A stretch of DNA of 64,000 bases, taken from the IMG/VR virus record IMGVR_UViG_3300022921_001386; one strand, 5' to 3'. Of this stretch, positions 19,896-30,669 are shown piece after piece (position 1 is the stretch's first letter; every line of letters starts with the position of its first letter). Made by a program: the position numbers and the translations under genes. The DNA is from a virus. The notes under the pieces are model-generated. The model did not search any database, had not been told where the DNA came from, and saw only the letters and a program-made list of their open reading frames with translations.

Positions 19896-20772
19896 CTATT
19901 TTTCCTATTTTTTTCTTTGCTTCATTTATAGCCCATGTTTTTTCTAAACACCAAAAACAATCATTGCATTCAGGTAGCTCGTCGCCAGGGCGATAATACT
20001 TGTACGAATCTTCGTATCGGTTATCGACTAGTAGATTTTTTATACCAGATTCAACTGATCTAATATGCATTATATTTCCAAAGGCTTCACAACTACGAGT
20101 AACTTCGAGTAAGTCTTCTATATTATACAAAAAATAATCTGCAATAATATCGTCTTTTGTATGATATATAAATGGTTGTACATTTAAAGGATATGAACTA
20201 TTATTTTGTTGTCTGTAAGATAATCTATATCCTTGTAGATCTATTTCTGACATATTTCTATCAGGCGAAACATCACCAACTGTACTTAATAATTCAGGAT
20301 TTCGAGTAGTAGAACAATATAATGCATCTAAATTATTTGTATATCCAATCCACAATGCATAACTAGAGTTTTCTATTTTGTCTCCTGATTTTAATGTGTC
20401 GTTAATAGGAATAATATCTCCAATTATTCCATATTCTATTTCTGTAGGAATATAATTTTCATGTTCTATAAACTTAATAGTAGGAAACATAGATTTTAAC
20501 TTTTTAATCACTTCTAAACGCACATGTTTTTGCCAAGGTTTTATTTGCCATCCTCTTACATGACTTATTGTATGTATTTCTATCTTTAAATTATGTTTTA
20601 TTATATAGTTGCATATATTATAGCATAAAATAGCACTATCGGCGCCACCGGAAATATTAATACCAATCTTTGTCCATGCATCATTAAAAGGAATCGGAAC
20701 TCCATTTGCTGTTTCAAAATAATTAAACTCGTTAGATTCTTTATAAATTTGTTTTATATTGTGATTTAACAT
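19882..20772 (-). CDS. QueC-like PP-loop enzyme (copy 2)
   Basis: ISGGADS; TRSCE...CNDCFWC. Confidence 0.8.
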   Translation of the reverse strand: MLNHNIKQIYKESNEFNYFETANGVPIPFNDAWTKIGINISGGADSAILCYNICNYIIKHNLKIEIHTISHVRGWQIKPWQKHVRLEVIKKLKSMFPTIKFIEHENYIPTEIEYGIIGDIIPINDTLKSGDKIENSSYALWIGYTNNLDALYCSTTRNPELLSTVGDVSPDRNMSEIDLQGYRLSYRQQNNSSYPLNVQPFIYHTKDDIIADYFLYNIEDLLEVTRSCEAFGNIMHIRSVESGIKNLLVDNRYEDSYKYYRPGDELPECNDCFWCLEKTWAINEAKKKIGKIDGIM

Positions 20773-22110
20773 TTATTGTCTTTCTATGTTGCAGTCATTT
20801 GCAAGTTCTTTTAAATGAGGGAATGTTGTAAAAAAATCCCATGTAGGATATGTTTTTTGGTATTGCTTGTTTACATAGTTAAGTTTACTAAAGAAAAATT
20901 CTGCTTGTTCAGGTGTTAAACTATCTGGCATATCACTAGTAACGCTTGCAAAATAACCATCTTCATAGTATACATTATGATAGTCTGATGCTAACTGTTT
21001 AAATATTTCATGTGCTTTTTTTATCTTTTCTATTGCGTATTTCTTTGGCAAATATGCAGTTTGCATCCATTCTGGATCTTGTAATGCATTAAATGCTATT
21101 TCTACTCTATGACGCTTGCCTTCTACATAGTTACTACGGATAGTATCATTTATATATTGTGCCATTTGATCTATATAGGGTAAATTTAAACCTGTAACAA
21201 CTGTAAAACTTCTAACATTATCGACTACACTGTCTGGTTTAATCCAGTTTCCAAAGTTTTTTTGTATTTGATCAAAATCAGCACCATGTCGAACCATTAC
21301 CTGATCGTGAGCACCATCTTGGCTTAACATTATTTTTGTTTGCCAACCAGCTGCTTTATATTTTTTAAACATGTTATAAAAACGTTCATTAAGTTTATCT
21401 TTACTTGTACCGTTTGTTGTTATTTCTATAATTAGTGTCTTGCCTGCTGCAATAGATTCTCTGCCGGCTTCAATAAACTCATCTGCATGATCGTACATTT
21501 CGTCATGTAGTGTAGGTTCGCCGCCTAAATATGCAATATTCATCATATGTCGGCATTCTCTAATAGACTTCTTTGCAAATTCTATAACAGCACTGGTCCA
21601 TTGTTGTTTATGTTCGCCCTTATAATATCTACTATCCGCAAGATAGTTTTCATATCCTCTTCCGTCTGACCCATTGGTGTCATAATCCTTGTACCATATT
21701 TTTCTTAGTGTATTACTATTTCCTACCCAACACATGAAGCAGCCTAGATTGCAAGTTGAATTCATCCATAGTTCTATGCGGCTCGGAAGTGCTACATCTG
21801 TTGGTATTGTACGATTATTAAATAGTCCATTATAATTTGGACCATGATGCTGCCGCATACTCAAAATACCGCGCTCTTCTTTTTTCCAACATGTTGTACA
21901 ATCAGCATGTTTTATATTATCATACAAACTTTGTTTGCGCTCTATTAGTTTTGGAAACTTGGTAAAATATTCATTTCCTAACTCAATAAATGCATCTTCA
22001 TCAAATTGATATGGCCATGAATCACAACAAGCCGAAAACTCACCAACTTCAGGTTGAAACTTATAAACAGTGTAACTCATTGGACAATGAAGTTGTGTAA
22101 AATCAGTCAT
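20773..22110 (-). CDS. Radical SAM enzyme with N-terminal SPASM/twitch-like domain
   Basis: C...CC...CTTC; CNLGCFMC; LGGEPT. Confidence 0.9.
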   Translation of the reverse strand: MTDFTQLHCPMSYTVYKFQPEVGEFSACCDSWPYQFDEDAFIELGNEYFTKFPKLIERKQSLYDNIKHADCTTCWKKEERGILSMRQHHGPNYNGLFNNRTIPTDVALPSRIELWMNSTCNLGCFMCWVGNSNTLRKIWYKDYDTNGSDGRGYENYLADSRYYKGEHKQQWTSAVIEFAKKSIRECRHMMNIAYLGGEPTLHDEMYDHADEFIEAGRESIAAGKTLIIEITTNGTSKDKLNERFYNMFKKYKAAGWQTKIMLSQDGAHDQVMVRHGADFDQIQKNFGNWIKPDSVVDNVRSFTVVTGLNLPYIDQMAQYINDTIRSNYVEGKRHRVEIAFNALQDPEWMQTAYLPKKYAIEKIKKAHEIFKQLASDYHNVYYEDGYFASVTSDMPDSLTPEQAEFFFSKLNYVNKQYQKTYPTWDFFTTFPHLKELANDCNIERQ

Positions 22111-23443
22111 TGGTAATATCCTCTTCTATATACTTTTTTAATCCTGGTACTACATTACTTATAGATTCGTTTCTTATCTTGTCTAAAGTATTGGTATAGT
22201 GTACAAACTCTTGCCAATATTCATTGTAATAACTTTTACTATTCATATAGCTGCAAATTCCGTTTTTAATACCATTTGCTGCATACAAATATTTTTTATC
22301 AAACTTTTGTTCTTCAATCCAGTTTACAAAGTTGTCAAACTTTGTAGATAAATGATGCTTGTATTCATCAGGAAGAACTTGTATATTTAAGTGAGGCGGA
22401 TTGTGAGCTACGTGATATGTTATTATAGGTTTAATAGAACTATTATTAATTTTTTCAAAGTTACTATGTGTTAGTTTCCATTTCATAAAATCAATCATAT
22501 GTTCAACATTATATGCTGTTACTGTAAATGCTATCCAGGCTTTTATATTAGAGGGTAACTTGTCTATTGTATTTAAATTTTTTAATATTTTATTCCATTT
22601 TGCAGGATATCGTTGATATTCTAAAACTTTTTCCATGCCGTCGACACTAACTCCTAATCGTATTTCTTTAAATTTTGTCCATAAGCCAACAACCCTTGGT
22701 GGTAATGTAGTTCCGTTTGTATTATATTCAATTAATATGTTTTTAGCGTACCCATAATCTATACATTTTTGTAAGAAATCGTAATGCCTTTCAATAAGCA
22801 TAGGTTCGCCGCCTGCAAAATATACATGTTCTATATTAGGAATATTTTTTTCAAGCTGTTTCCAAAACATTTCACTATTTGGCCAATCAAAATCTTTAGA
22901 TATAAGTTTTCCATTTACATTATGTATTTCAATTTCGCCGCTGGTATCGTTAAACGTATGCTTGCCTGTTAGCTTAATCCAATCGTCAAACCATGCACTC
23001 GAATCTGATGGGCCGCACATTCTGCATTTTAAGTTGCAAAAATTGCCAAATCTTAAATCATAGTATTTTATAGGAGACTTTTCGGTATCTATACTACCAT
23101 CTTTATTTGTAGTTGTAAGTGCATCAATAATAGAAAAATCCCACTGCAATCTTTCGTACTGACGTCTACTAGTTAATCCGTTTTCTTCTTCTTGGCGGCA
23201 TCTGTCACATTCTTCGTTCCACTTACTACTTAACATATTTTTACGTATATCTTTCATTAGCTGACCGTTGCGTGCCTCGCTCAAATCATCTATGCCAACA
23301 TTATATGCGGCGCCTGTTTCTTTTCTTACAACACCTTTATTTTTAGTTACATTAGCTTGACAACAAACACGTACATCGCCATTACTACGTGCTGCCTGAA
23401 ATATCCACGGAATAGGACAAAAAGTTTTTTCACCTTTAATCAT
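22103..23443 (-). CDS. Radical SAM enzyme with N-terminal SPASM/twitch-like domain
   Basis: FCPIPW...VCC...CDRC; CNLKCRMC; AGGEP; start moved to ATG overlapping upstream stop (TAATG). Confidence 0.9.
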   Translation of the reverse strand: MIKGEKTFCPIPWIFQAARSNGDVRVCCQANVTKNKGVVRKETGAAYNVGIDDLSEARNGQLMKDIRKNMLSSKWNEECDRCRQEEENGLTSRRQYERLQWDFSIIDALTTTNKDGSIDTEKSPIKYYDLRFGNFCNLKCRMCGPSDSSAWFDDWIKLTGKHTFNDTSGEIEIHNVNGKLISKDFDWPNSEMFWKQLEKNIPNIEHVYFAGGEPMLIERHYDFLQKCIDYGYAKNILIEYNTNGTTLPPRVVGLWTKFKEIRLGVSVDGMEKVLEYQRYPAKWNKILKNLNTIDKLPSNIKAWIAFTVTAYNVEHMIDFMKWKLTHSNFEKINNSSIKPIITYHVAHNPPHLNIQVLPDEYKHHLSTKFDNFVNWIEEQKFDKKYLYAANGIKNGICSYMNSKSYYNEYWQEFVHYTNTLDKIRNESISNVVPGLKKYIEEDITND

Positions 23444-24579
23444 TAAAAATGCTCCGGTGTTATTAAATGTTCTAACTTGTTCCAAAGCTCACTATTTTTA
23501 TCCATCCAATGTTCTTTTCTAATCTTGTTTAACTGAGCGTCATTTCTTAAAAACAATCCAAAGTTGCCGGGCTGCTTGATCTCATGTATAAGCTGTGCAA
23601 ATATTTTACGGTATAGCACAGTATAGTTTTTTTCAATACTTTGTAAATATTCTAAAATCCAAGGTTTTATATCTTCGTGCAAGTTACGTGGTTGCATCCA
23701 TTCCGGACCGTCAATGACCACACACTCGTGGTACAACTCTTGCTCAATACAAAAATCTAATATCTCGTGAATCTTGTTTACATTATATATACTAAATGCA
23801 CTATGCACATTTATATGTTGGAAATGTTGTTTGTACCATATGAGATTGTTGTAAACTGTGTCCCATTTACTATCTTTGCGAAGAAACTCATTAAGCTCTC
23901 CATAACTATCAATACTCAAATCAATATGCACTTTTTTACATTGCTGTAATAGTTTGACTAGTTGTTCATTTGGTAATATACTTACGTTTGTTACTAATAA
24001 TATACTCAGCTGACTAAGATTGCATTTGTTAAGTACTTTGATCAACTTATCTTGTTCCATCATTGGCTCACCGCCTAATACTTTTATAAACCTTAAGTCT
24101 GATAGATCATAATGATTGATAATGGTGTTGTCTGTGATAATGCCTTTTGGTATTTTCCAGCCAAGTTTTTTAGCATCACTATACCAATGTGTACTAAGTT
24201 CAGGCATGCACATTCTACATTTATTATTACACACATTACTTAGAGCCAAATCAATGTTTGTAAGTTTTTTTATTTTTCCTTTACCTTCGGCTTTGGTAGG
24301 TAATCCAAAATCTCCGATGAATCCAGAGTTTATATCAGTACGCATACTTCTAGCACTACTTTTTTCATCATCATAACACTTTTTACACCCGTGAACATAC
24401 TCATCATTGGACATTTTTTGTCTAATATAGTTCATATATTCGTGATTAAACGGATCCGGGTGCGCAACATTTAAATCTTCAGGAACTTCTTCTTCTCTAA
24501 ATACACAACATGGCCATATTTGACCATCAGGACGCATTGCCATGTGATGAAATGGCAGCGCACATGCATATTTTGGCAT
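23443..24579 (-). CDS. Radical SAM enzyme with N-terminal SPASM/twitch-like domain
   Basis: CALPF...PCC...CKKC; CNNKCRMC; LGGEP; start moved to ATG just after SDR stop. Confidence 0.9.
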   Translation of the reverse strand: MPKYACALPFHHMAMRPDGQIWPCCVFREEEVPEDLNVAHPDPFNHEYMNYIRQKMSNDEYVHGCKKCYDDEKSSARSMRTDINSGFIGDFGLPTKAEGKGKIKKLTNIDLALSNVCNNKCRMCMPELSTHWYSDAKKLGWKIPKGIITDNTIINHYDLSDLRFIKVLGGEPMMEQDKLIKVLNKCNLSQLSILLVTNVSILPNEQLVKLLQQCKKVHIDLSIDSYGELNEFLRKDSKWDTVYNNLIWYKQHFQHINVHSAFSIYNVNKIHEILDFCIEQELYHECVVIDGPEWMQPRNLHEDIKPWILEYLQSIEKNYTVLYRKIFAQLIHEIKQPGNFGLFLRNDAQLNKIRKEHWMDKNSELWNKLEHLITPEHF

Positions 24580-24580
24580 A

Positions 24581-25135
24581 CTAGGCATACCAGTTCTCCG
24601 ATTGCATCGGATCAATGCTTAATTCGTTGATGTTTAAATGCTTAGGCTGATCAACTATCCATTTTATATACTCAGCAGCTAGATTAATATCCATAGTTTT
24701 TCTGTCTGGATGCTTTGCTTGATTGTTATCAAGTGTTCCGAGACTGATGTAACTTATTTTAGGGCCGCTTGCCCATATGCCAGTAAGCCCTAACGTATTG
24801 CTATAATCACGCAATGCTTTCTTTTCAGCATTGTATAACCATGCTCCGCCTTTTTTAACTCTATCAGTAGTACTGCCTATGTTGATAATATGACATTGGT
24901 GATTTTCAAGTATACATTTTTTATAAACAATATCAAGTAAACTGGTTTGATTGAATCTAAACAGCGCACTACAGTTGATAAACACATCATGATGTATCAC
25001 TGCTTCGGCACATCTTTCCATATCAACTTTTTTACCAAAGTCGTAACCGGTACTTCTACTAATAAACTCTGCATCGGGATAAATCTTTGCTAATGCTCCA
25101 GCTACACCTGTGTCTTTGTTACCCGTTATGATCAT
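24581..25135 (-). CDS. Compact short-chain dehydrogenase/reductase (SDR)
   Basis: IITG...GV, DVFINCS, IINIGS, YNAEK (YxxxK). Confidence 0.8.
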   Translation of the reverse strand: MIITGNKDTGVAGALAKIYPDAEFISRSTGYDFGKKVDMERCAEAVIHHDVFINCSALFRFNQTSLLDIVYKKCILENHQCHIINIGSTTDRVKKGGAWLYNAEKKALRDYSNTLGLTGIWASGPKISYISLGTLDNNQAKHPDRKTMDINLAAEYIKWIVDQPKHLNINELSIDPMQSENWYA

Positions 25136-26273
25136 CTAATACTCCTATGTCTATGTGATTATTTAATACGTTTAATAGTTTGTCTGTTTGCATACTCTTA
25201 GGAGCACATAATCCACATCCACATGTTTGCTTTGGACAAACAATAGTAGGCATTGTTCCAGTTTGCATTTGTTTTCTCAAATCATCTACTAGTTTTTTAC
25301 CTTCACTTATTTTTCCTATTGCGCCGCGTGTGCCATTAAACTTTGCTTGACATGTTTGATGATGAAATACTTGGTCAGTTTGTTGTTCTAAATGCAAGAA
25401 GAACCAGTTAACACTGCATTTCCACCCTTTGAACTCTCTAAAATCTACAAATGTACTTTTACGTTTTTCTGTGCCGCTGTGTAACATCATGTCTCTACTA
25501 CCACAACAAGGACGTCCTATACTACTTCCTAGTTTTTTTGCATTTTTTACAACATCACCTACTGCACTACTAGCATATAGTGCATCATTTTTTTGCCTCC
25601 AATAGTTTTTCATCCACGCTAGTTGTTCTTCATTGTACTGATGAGCAAAGCTAGGTTTGCTATCTGGCTCTTCGCCAATAACTCGCGGAACAAAATCAAC
25701 ACCATGCTGTTGTAAAAACTCGCATAGCTCTTTGCACTCATCAAAATATTCTGCGTGAAACATAACATTTACACTAACTGTACACTCGTACATATCACCT
25801 TGATAATGCAACTGTAATATTCTATCTTTTACTTGCTGTTTGAGTTTGCCATCGCTTTCACTGTGATAGCTGATAGTAGCATGACAGAAGTTTTCCATTA
25901 TTGCTTGGCCCATTTTTTCACTAAATGCGCCATTGCTTGTAAGAGCAAAATCAGCTATCCACTTGTCTTGATATTTTGCTTCGTATTCTTCTTTTAGATA
26001 TTTTGCAAAAGGAATAAAATGTGGATTAACTGTGGGCTCGCCGCCTGTAAATCCTACATTTGCTTCTTTGAAGTTGCGATGCTCCATGTATACATCAATG
26101 TATTCAAACAGAAAATCTACGTTGGCTTTTAGTTCATCTAACGTAGCATGTTTACTAAAGTTGTCGTGCCTGTGGATTGGGCAATAACTACAATCATAGT
26201 TGCACCGTCTTCCAAGATCCCATGTTACTTGAAACAACTTTCCAGTTAACAAATCAATAGTATCAAAACTCAT
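25119..26273 (-). CDS. Radical SAM enzyme with Cys-rich C-terminus (paralog of 18636-19895)
   Basis: WDLGRRCNYDCSYC, TGGEPT, GRPCCG, HHQTCQ, CPKQTCGCGLC. Confidence 0.9.
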   Translation of the reverse strand: MSFDTIDLLTGKLFQVTWDLGRRCNYDCSYCPIHRHDNFSKHATLDELKANVDFLFEYIDVYMEHRNFKEANVGFTGGEPTVNPHFIPFAKYLKEEYEAKYQDKWIADFALTSNGAFSEKMGQAIMENFCHATISYHSESDGKLKQQVKDRILQLHYQGDMYECTVSVNVMFHAEYFDECKELCEFLQQHGVDFVPRVIGEEPDSKPSFAHQYNEEQLAWMKNYWRQKNDALYASSAVGDVVKNAKKLGSSIGRPCCGSRDMMLHSGTEKRKSTFVDFREFKGWKCSVNWFFLHLEQQTDQVFHHQTCQAKFNGTRGAIGKISEGKKLVDDLRKQMQTGTMPTIVCPKQTCGCGLCAPKSMQTDKLLNVLNNHIDIGVLDDHNG

Positions 26274-27096
26274 TTATTTCCTCAATGACAGATTTTACTT
26301 GTTTGTCTGCCCAATCTCTTTCTTCACACCACCAACACTGTTTGCATTCTGGTATATACATTCCTGCATTGTAATCTCTAAAATGCCCGCAAGACTCTTT
26401 TATATTTTCCATATGATTTATATCGCCTTCACAACTACGTGTTGTGTTGTACAAATCTAATATATTATGTATGTGGTATTGTGCTACAATCCAATCTTTT
26501 TTTACAAATCTAAAAGGATGGACAAATGTTGATTTTACTTTTCCGCTGTAAAACCATAAATCAGTTAGTTGTCCATCTTCGGCATCTTTGTCTCTATTGG
26601 TCATACGGTCTTCACGCAAGTCATCTGGATTCTTACTTGTAGCATTATATACTGCATCCAAGTTGTATTCCCATGCTGCAAACTTGTTGTAACTTCCTAC
26701 TATAATCTGATCGCCACTCTTGCCGTTGATACTTGCTCCTATTACACCGTGTTCTATTTCAGGCGGAATATATGTTGTGTATCTATTTTCAATAATATAA
26801 GGAAACATGTCTTTTAGTTTGTCAAATACTTGTAAACTAATATAGCCTTGCCAAGGTCTTGTTTCCCAACAACGTTGGTATGTAATAACATCTACTTTTG
26901 TAGTTAGATTGTTGCGTTGTATGATTGTACACAATAAATATGTTAGCAATGCACTATCGGCACCACCAGAAAGATTAATGCCAATACGCTGCCATTTTTC
27001 ATCAAACGGAATAGTTAACTTACTAAAAGTTGTAAGCAGTATATCATTAGAAATATTTTTATATAACGAGTTGTTTGTATCAAACATTTCGTACAA
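26263..27096 (-). CDS. QueC-like PP-loop enzyme (copy 3)
   Basis: LSGGADS; TRSCE...CKQCWWC. Confidence 0.8.
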   Translation of the reverse strand: MYEMFDTNNSLYKNISNDILLTTFSKLTIPFDEKWQRIGINLSGGADSALLTYLLCTIIQRNNLTTKVDVITYQRCWETRPWQGYISLQVFDKLKDMFPYIIENRYTTYIPPEIEHGVIGASINGKSGDQIIVGSYNKFAAWEYNLDAVYNATSKNPDDLREDRMTNRDKDAEDGQLTDLWFYSGKVKSTFVHPFRFVKKDWIVAQYHIHNILDLYNTTRSCEGDINHMENIKESCGHFRDYNAGMYIPECKQCWWCEERDWADKQVKSVIEEINEF

Positions 27097-28414
27097 CTTC
27101 TCCGTTTACAAACTTGTAGTTTTCAATATGTTCATTGAAATCTTGTTTCCATATTTTATCTGTTTTTTCGATATACTTCATAAAATCAGTCCAATCAGAT
27201 TTTTTTGCATCGTAGTTTAGAATATATTTCCTTATGTATTCAAGCCCGGCAACTGCACTGGTGATATCTTGCCACATGTCATAGGGCTTTTCTATTCCAA
27301 CAGTAAAATGACTTTTTAACATCCTAGACGAATCTACGTTCTCTCTTCTTTTTTTGTCTACACCAAATATAGCATTACGTGTTTCTTCGATATCATTTAA
27401 TATAGAATTTCTATGCTTCAACAACATCACACTTGGATTTAGATAATCAGGTGTATACACTATACTAACATTAATATAGTTGATGTCAAGTTCTAAAAAA
27501 CTAAGAAATGAATCTTTTATTTCCATAAGCTGATATGTTCCTGTAGTATAGACTACATTAATGTCGCAATGATTATTGTCAACTTGTTTAAAACGATTTA
27601 TATTTTCTTTTAGCTTTTGCCAATCACCTTGTCTAAAATATGGATATAGTCTAGGACCTGCATCTAAACTTATTTGAATGTTTACATCACCAAATAAGTT
27701 TAATAATCTGCTCAACTCAACTGCATCAAAGTCTGCATTGAAGTTGCTATGAAAAATGATTTTCATATTTTCAGCGTTGGGATGATCGCCAAGTTTAGCT
27801 AATGTAGGAAAGAACTGTTTTTGGTACAACACTTCGCCGCCGGCAAAATCTACTCTTTCAAGGTTTGGAAAGTTGGTGTTAAGATCTTCAACTATTTCTA
27901 AAGCACGAGCTGTGCTAATACTTATAGTGTAATCATCATCTGCATCCTGTCGATGCATTTGTCCAGTTAGCTGTATTAGATTGTGTTTATAATCTTCGTC
28001 GTCAGGTGTGTATTTTTTTAACTTGGACATCCAACCGCTGCTGAATACTTGACTACAATGCAAACAACTCATATTACAACTATGACTGAAACGCATTTCG
28101 ATTGTTTTCAATCCTTCAAATGCTGTTTCACCAGTTTCGTGATTATAATATTGTAAATCAACACCTTGTTCTTGACGCATACTCTTGCCTGCATTTGCTT
28201 GTTCAACATGCTCGCACATATTACAACCTTTGCACCAAGTTCCGCTCATTAGTTTTTTACGATGATTTTTAAAGTTTTCATTATTGAAAAACTTGCTTGG
28301 CAGGTATTCCTCATCTAGCATTTGAAACTTTTCGTGTTGTGTAGGACAACTGGTTACAAATCCATTTTTAAAGTTGATTCCGCTTATAGCATAATAGCAA
28401 TCTAAACTAGCCAA
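27080..28414 (-). CDS. Radical SAM enzyme with N-terminal Cys domain
   Basis: C...SC...CNMC; CNMSCLHC; AGGE. Confidence 0.9.
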   Translation of the reverse strand: MASLDCYYAISGINFKNGFVTSCPTQHEKFQMLDEEYLPSKFFNNENFKNHRKKLMSGTWCKGCNMCEHVEQANAGKSMRQEQGVDLQYYNHETGETAFEGLKTIEMRFSHSCNMSCLHCSQVFSSGWMSKLKKYTPDDEDYKHNLIQLTGQMHRQDADDDYTISISTARALEIVEDLNTNFPNLERVDFAGGEVLYQKQFFPTLAKLGDHPNAENMKIIFHSNFNADFDAVELSRLLNLFGDVNIQISLDAGPRLYPYFRQGDWQKLKENINRFKQVDNNHCDINVVYTTGTYQLMEIKDSFLSFLELDINYINVSIVYTPDYLNPSVMLLKHRNSILNDIEETRNAIFGVDKKRRENVDSSRMLKSHFTVGIEKPYDMWQDITSAVAGLEYIRKYILNYDAKKSDWTDFMKYIEKTDKIWKQDFNEHIENYKFVNGEVVRNV

Positions 28415-29282
28415 TGATTTTCTCCCATAGACTTTGCTTTGATATATCTAACAAAAATCCTTGTGCATTATTTTTACCCCATTCTTTTTCTTGACAGAAA
28501 AAACAGGTTCCGCATTCTGGAGGATATTTTGTTTTATAATCTTTTTCTATTTCAACTAAACTAATTTCGCAACTTCGTGTTAACTTTAATAAATCATCTA
28601 GTCTATAGTTAATGTACTGTGCCATTGTATAGTTTTTTCTAAGAAGTCCAAATGGATTAATGCAGGACCCTGTAATAACCCAATCCCAGTTATCCTTAAC
28701 AACTGTTTCATCTCGAAACTCAGGAGCCTGATCATTGTCTATTGGGGGATTCATAGTTGTTCCGCTATATACCCATTCGTAGTTATAAGATTTTATTAAA
28801 TATTCCTGATAACTATGTGTTATTAACACATCGCATTTTGCCATTGAAGGTAATGTCAAGTTGGGTAGATTTAGATTTTTTAAAGGCACAGTTTCAAATT
28901 CGTGTGGCAAGAATCCCCAATGCTGCATACCAATGATATTTGGAAACTGTTTTTTTAGATATCCGAATGCATCTTCTGCCATTGGTTTTAGCCAAGGCTT
29001 TTGTTCCCAAAAACGTACCATTGTATATACATCTATTTTTGTTTTGAGGTTTTCTCTTTTAATAAGTGTACACAACATATAAAGTAATAAACTACTGTCG
29101 GCGCCGCCGCTAAATGCTACTAATATTTTTTTTGCATGGTTATCAAGATGTATAGGCAGACCGTTTATCCTGTATACATTAGGATATCTGCGAGGGTATT
29201 GCGTTTTTTCATACTGCTCAATAAAATCTTGTTTTTTATAATGCAGTTCTAAGTAATCTAAATACTTAAAATCATCCATCAA
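28407..29282 (-). CDS. QueC-like PP-loop enzyme (copy 4)
   Basis: FSGGADS; TRSCE...CGTCFFC. Confidence 0.8.
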   Translation of the reverse strand: MMDDFKYLDYLELHYKKQDFIEQYEKTQYPRRYPNVYRINGLPIHLDNHAKKILVAFSGGADSSLLLYMLCTLIKRENLKTKIDVYTMVRFWEQKPWLKPMAEDAFGYLKKQFPNIIGMQHWGFLPHEFETVPLKNLNLPNLTLPSMAKCDVLITHSYQEYLIKSYNYEWVYSGTTMNPPIDNDQAPEFRDETVVKDNWDWVITGSCINPFGLLRKNYTMAQYINYRLDDLLKLTRSCEISLVEIEKDYKTKYPPECGTCFFCQEKEWGKNNAQGFLLDISKQSLWEKIIG

Positions 29283-30669
29283 AAATATCTTTCATCTCAG
29301 GGAATGTTTTAGCAAATGTAATACCACGTTGTTTGTCGCATAGGTTTATAAACTCTTGCATTTCCGGCAAGCGTCTGCTCCAGTCCTCTGATTCCATAAA
29401 CTGTAGCATACCTTTAAGACGTTTTATACCATAGGGCGCTGCATCAAACATTGCTTTAGTTACTTTGCCCTTGTGCCAGCTAGGTATGCCAAGTTCCCAG
29501 TTAGCTTCCCACCAAGGATAAAACTCTTCGTACTTTTTGCGTACTTCTGCTTTGAACCATTCTGGCAATACTTTAACATTTAGGTGCGGTGGATGGTATA
29601 CAAAGTGATAGTTTACTCCGCCTGCACCGAATGGCCACATATTAATCTTTTTAAATTTTTGTTCTAGTTTCCAACGAATAAAATCTGGTATGTAATATAT
29701 GTTTAATGCTTGTACTGCACATGCTACAGTGATTTCTACATTGTTACTTGTTTCGTTGTCAAGTATATGAAATACTTCTTCTTGACGTTTCCAGTTACTT
29801 GGATAACGAATATAGTCATTCATCTCGTGTATACTATCTATTGAGTAATGAAAACGAACTACTTTAAACTCTTTCCATAGGTCAAACAAATCATCACGCC
29901 ATTCAACGCCATTTGAGTTGTAGCGTAGTTCTAGATCTTTTGCATAGCCCATTTTAATAGCATGTTCAAGTATTTCGTAATGTTCTTCAATAATAAGACT
30001 TTCGCCGCCGGCAAAATAAATCTGTTGCATACTACCCATTTGATCATAGAACTGTTGCCAAAATACAGGATTTTGTTTGTGCCAGTTGTAGCTACTACCA
30101 TTGGTGCTACCTTTGTCTTGCCACTGCATTGTCTCTTTGAGACTTTCGTTTTTTACTTCAGGAAAGATTGATTTATAATCTTTAATCCAGCCACTACTAT
30201 CATGCGGACTACACATAACACAAGCAAGCTGACATTTGGTGCCAAAGCGTAAATCAATGTATGCTAAGTTAGGCGGTACTTCGCCATCTTCTGTAGTATC
30301 AGCAATCAGTTTGTCAACATCAGTACGCTGACTCCAATATGCTGTTTCCCACATACGTTTGCTATTATGTCCTGCTGCTTCTTCTCTGTAGCACTTTAAA
30401 CAACTTGGAGGCTTTTCGCCATTCATCATCTGCTTGCGTACATTTTTCATATACTTGCTGTTCCACGCAGTTTGAAAATCTGTTACATTTAGGTTGTTTG
30501 GTTTGCCGTCATCTGTTTTAAGAATGCCAACTTGGCCGCCATGCTCTTTATCATTAGTAGCACCTACACTACTAGCGTTTGCTGTACAGCATACTCTCAT
30601 ACTGCCATCTGGTCTTGTACTTAGGTGTACCCACGGAAGAATACAAAAGGTGTCACTTACTTTGCTCAT
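29272..30669 (-). CDS. Radical SAM enzyme with N-terminal SPASM/twitch-like domain
   Basis: FCILPW...VCC...CLKC; CQLACVMC; AGGE. Confidence 0.9.
   Translation of the reverse strand: MSKVSDTFCILPWVHLSTRPDGSMRVCCTANASSVGATNDKEHGGQVGILKTDDGKPNNLNVTDFQTAWNSKYMKNVRKQMMNGEKPPSCLKCYREEAAGHNSKRMWETAYWSQRTDVDKLIADTTEDGEVPPNLAYIDLRFGTKCQLACVMCSPHDSSGWIKDYKSIFPEVKNESLKETMQWQDKGSTNGSSYNWHKQNPVFWQQFYDQMGSMQQIYFAGGESLIIEEHYEILEHAIKMGYAKDLELRYNSNGVEWRDDLFDLWKEFKVVRFHYSIDSIHEMNDYIRYPSNWKRQEEVFHILDNETSNNVEITVACAVQALNIYYIPDFIRWKLEQKFKKINMWPFGAGGVNYHFVYHPPHLNVKVLPEWFKAEVRKKYEEFYPWWEANWELGIPSWHKGKVTKAMFDAAPYGIKRLKGMLQFMESEDWSRRLPEMQEFINLCDKQRGITFAKTFPEMKDIFDG

Noticed and set aside
8567-29282. Canonical queuosine/7-deazaguanine DNA-modification operon (queC, queE symbols)
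   Set aside because: folE, queD and dpdA are absent from the window and paralogs are too many and too divergent; cannot be excluded genome-wide
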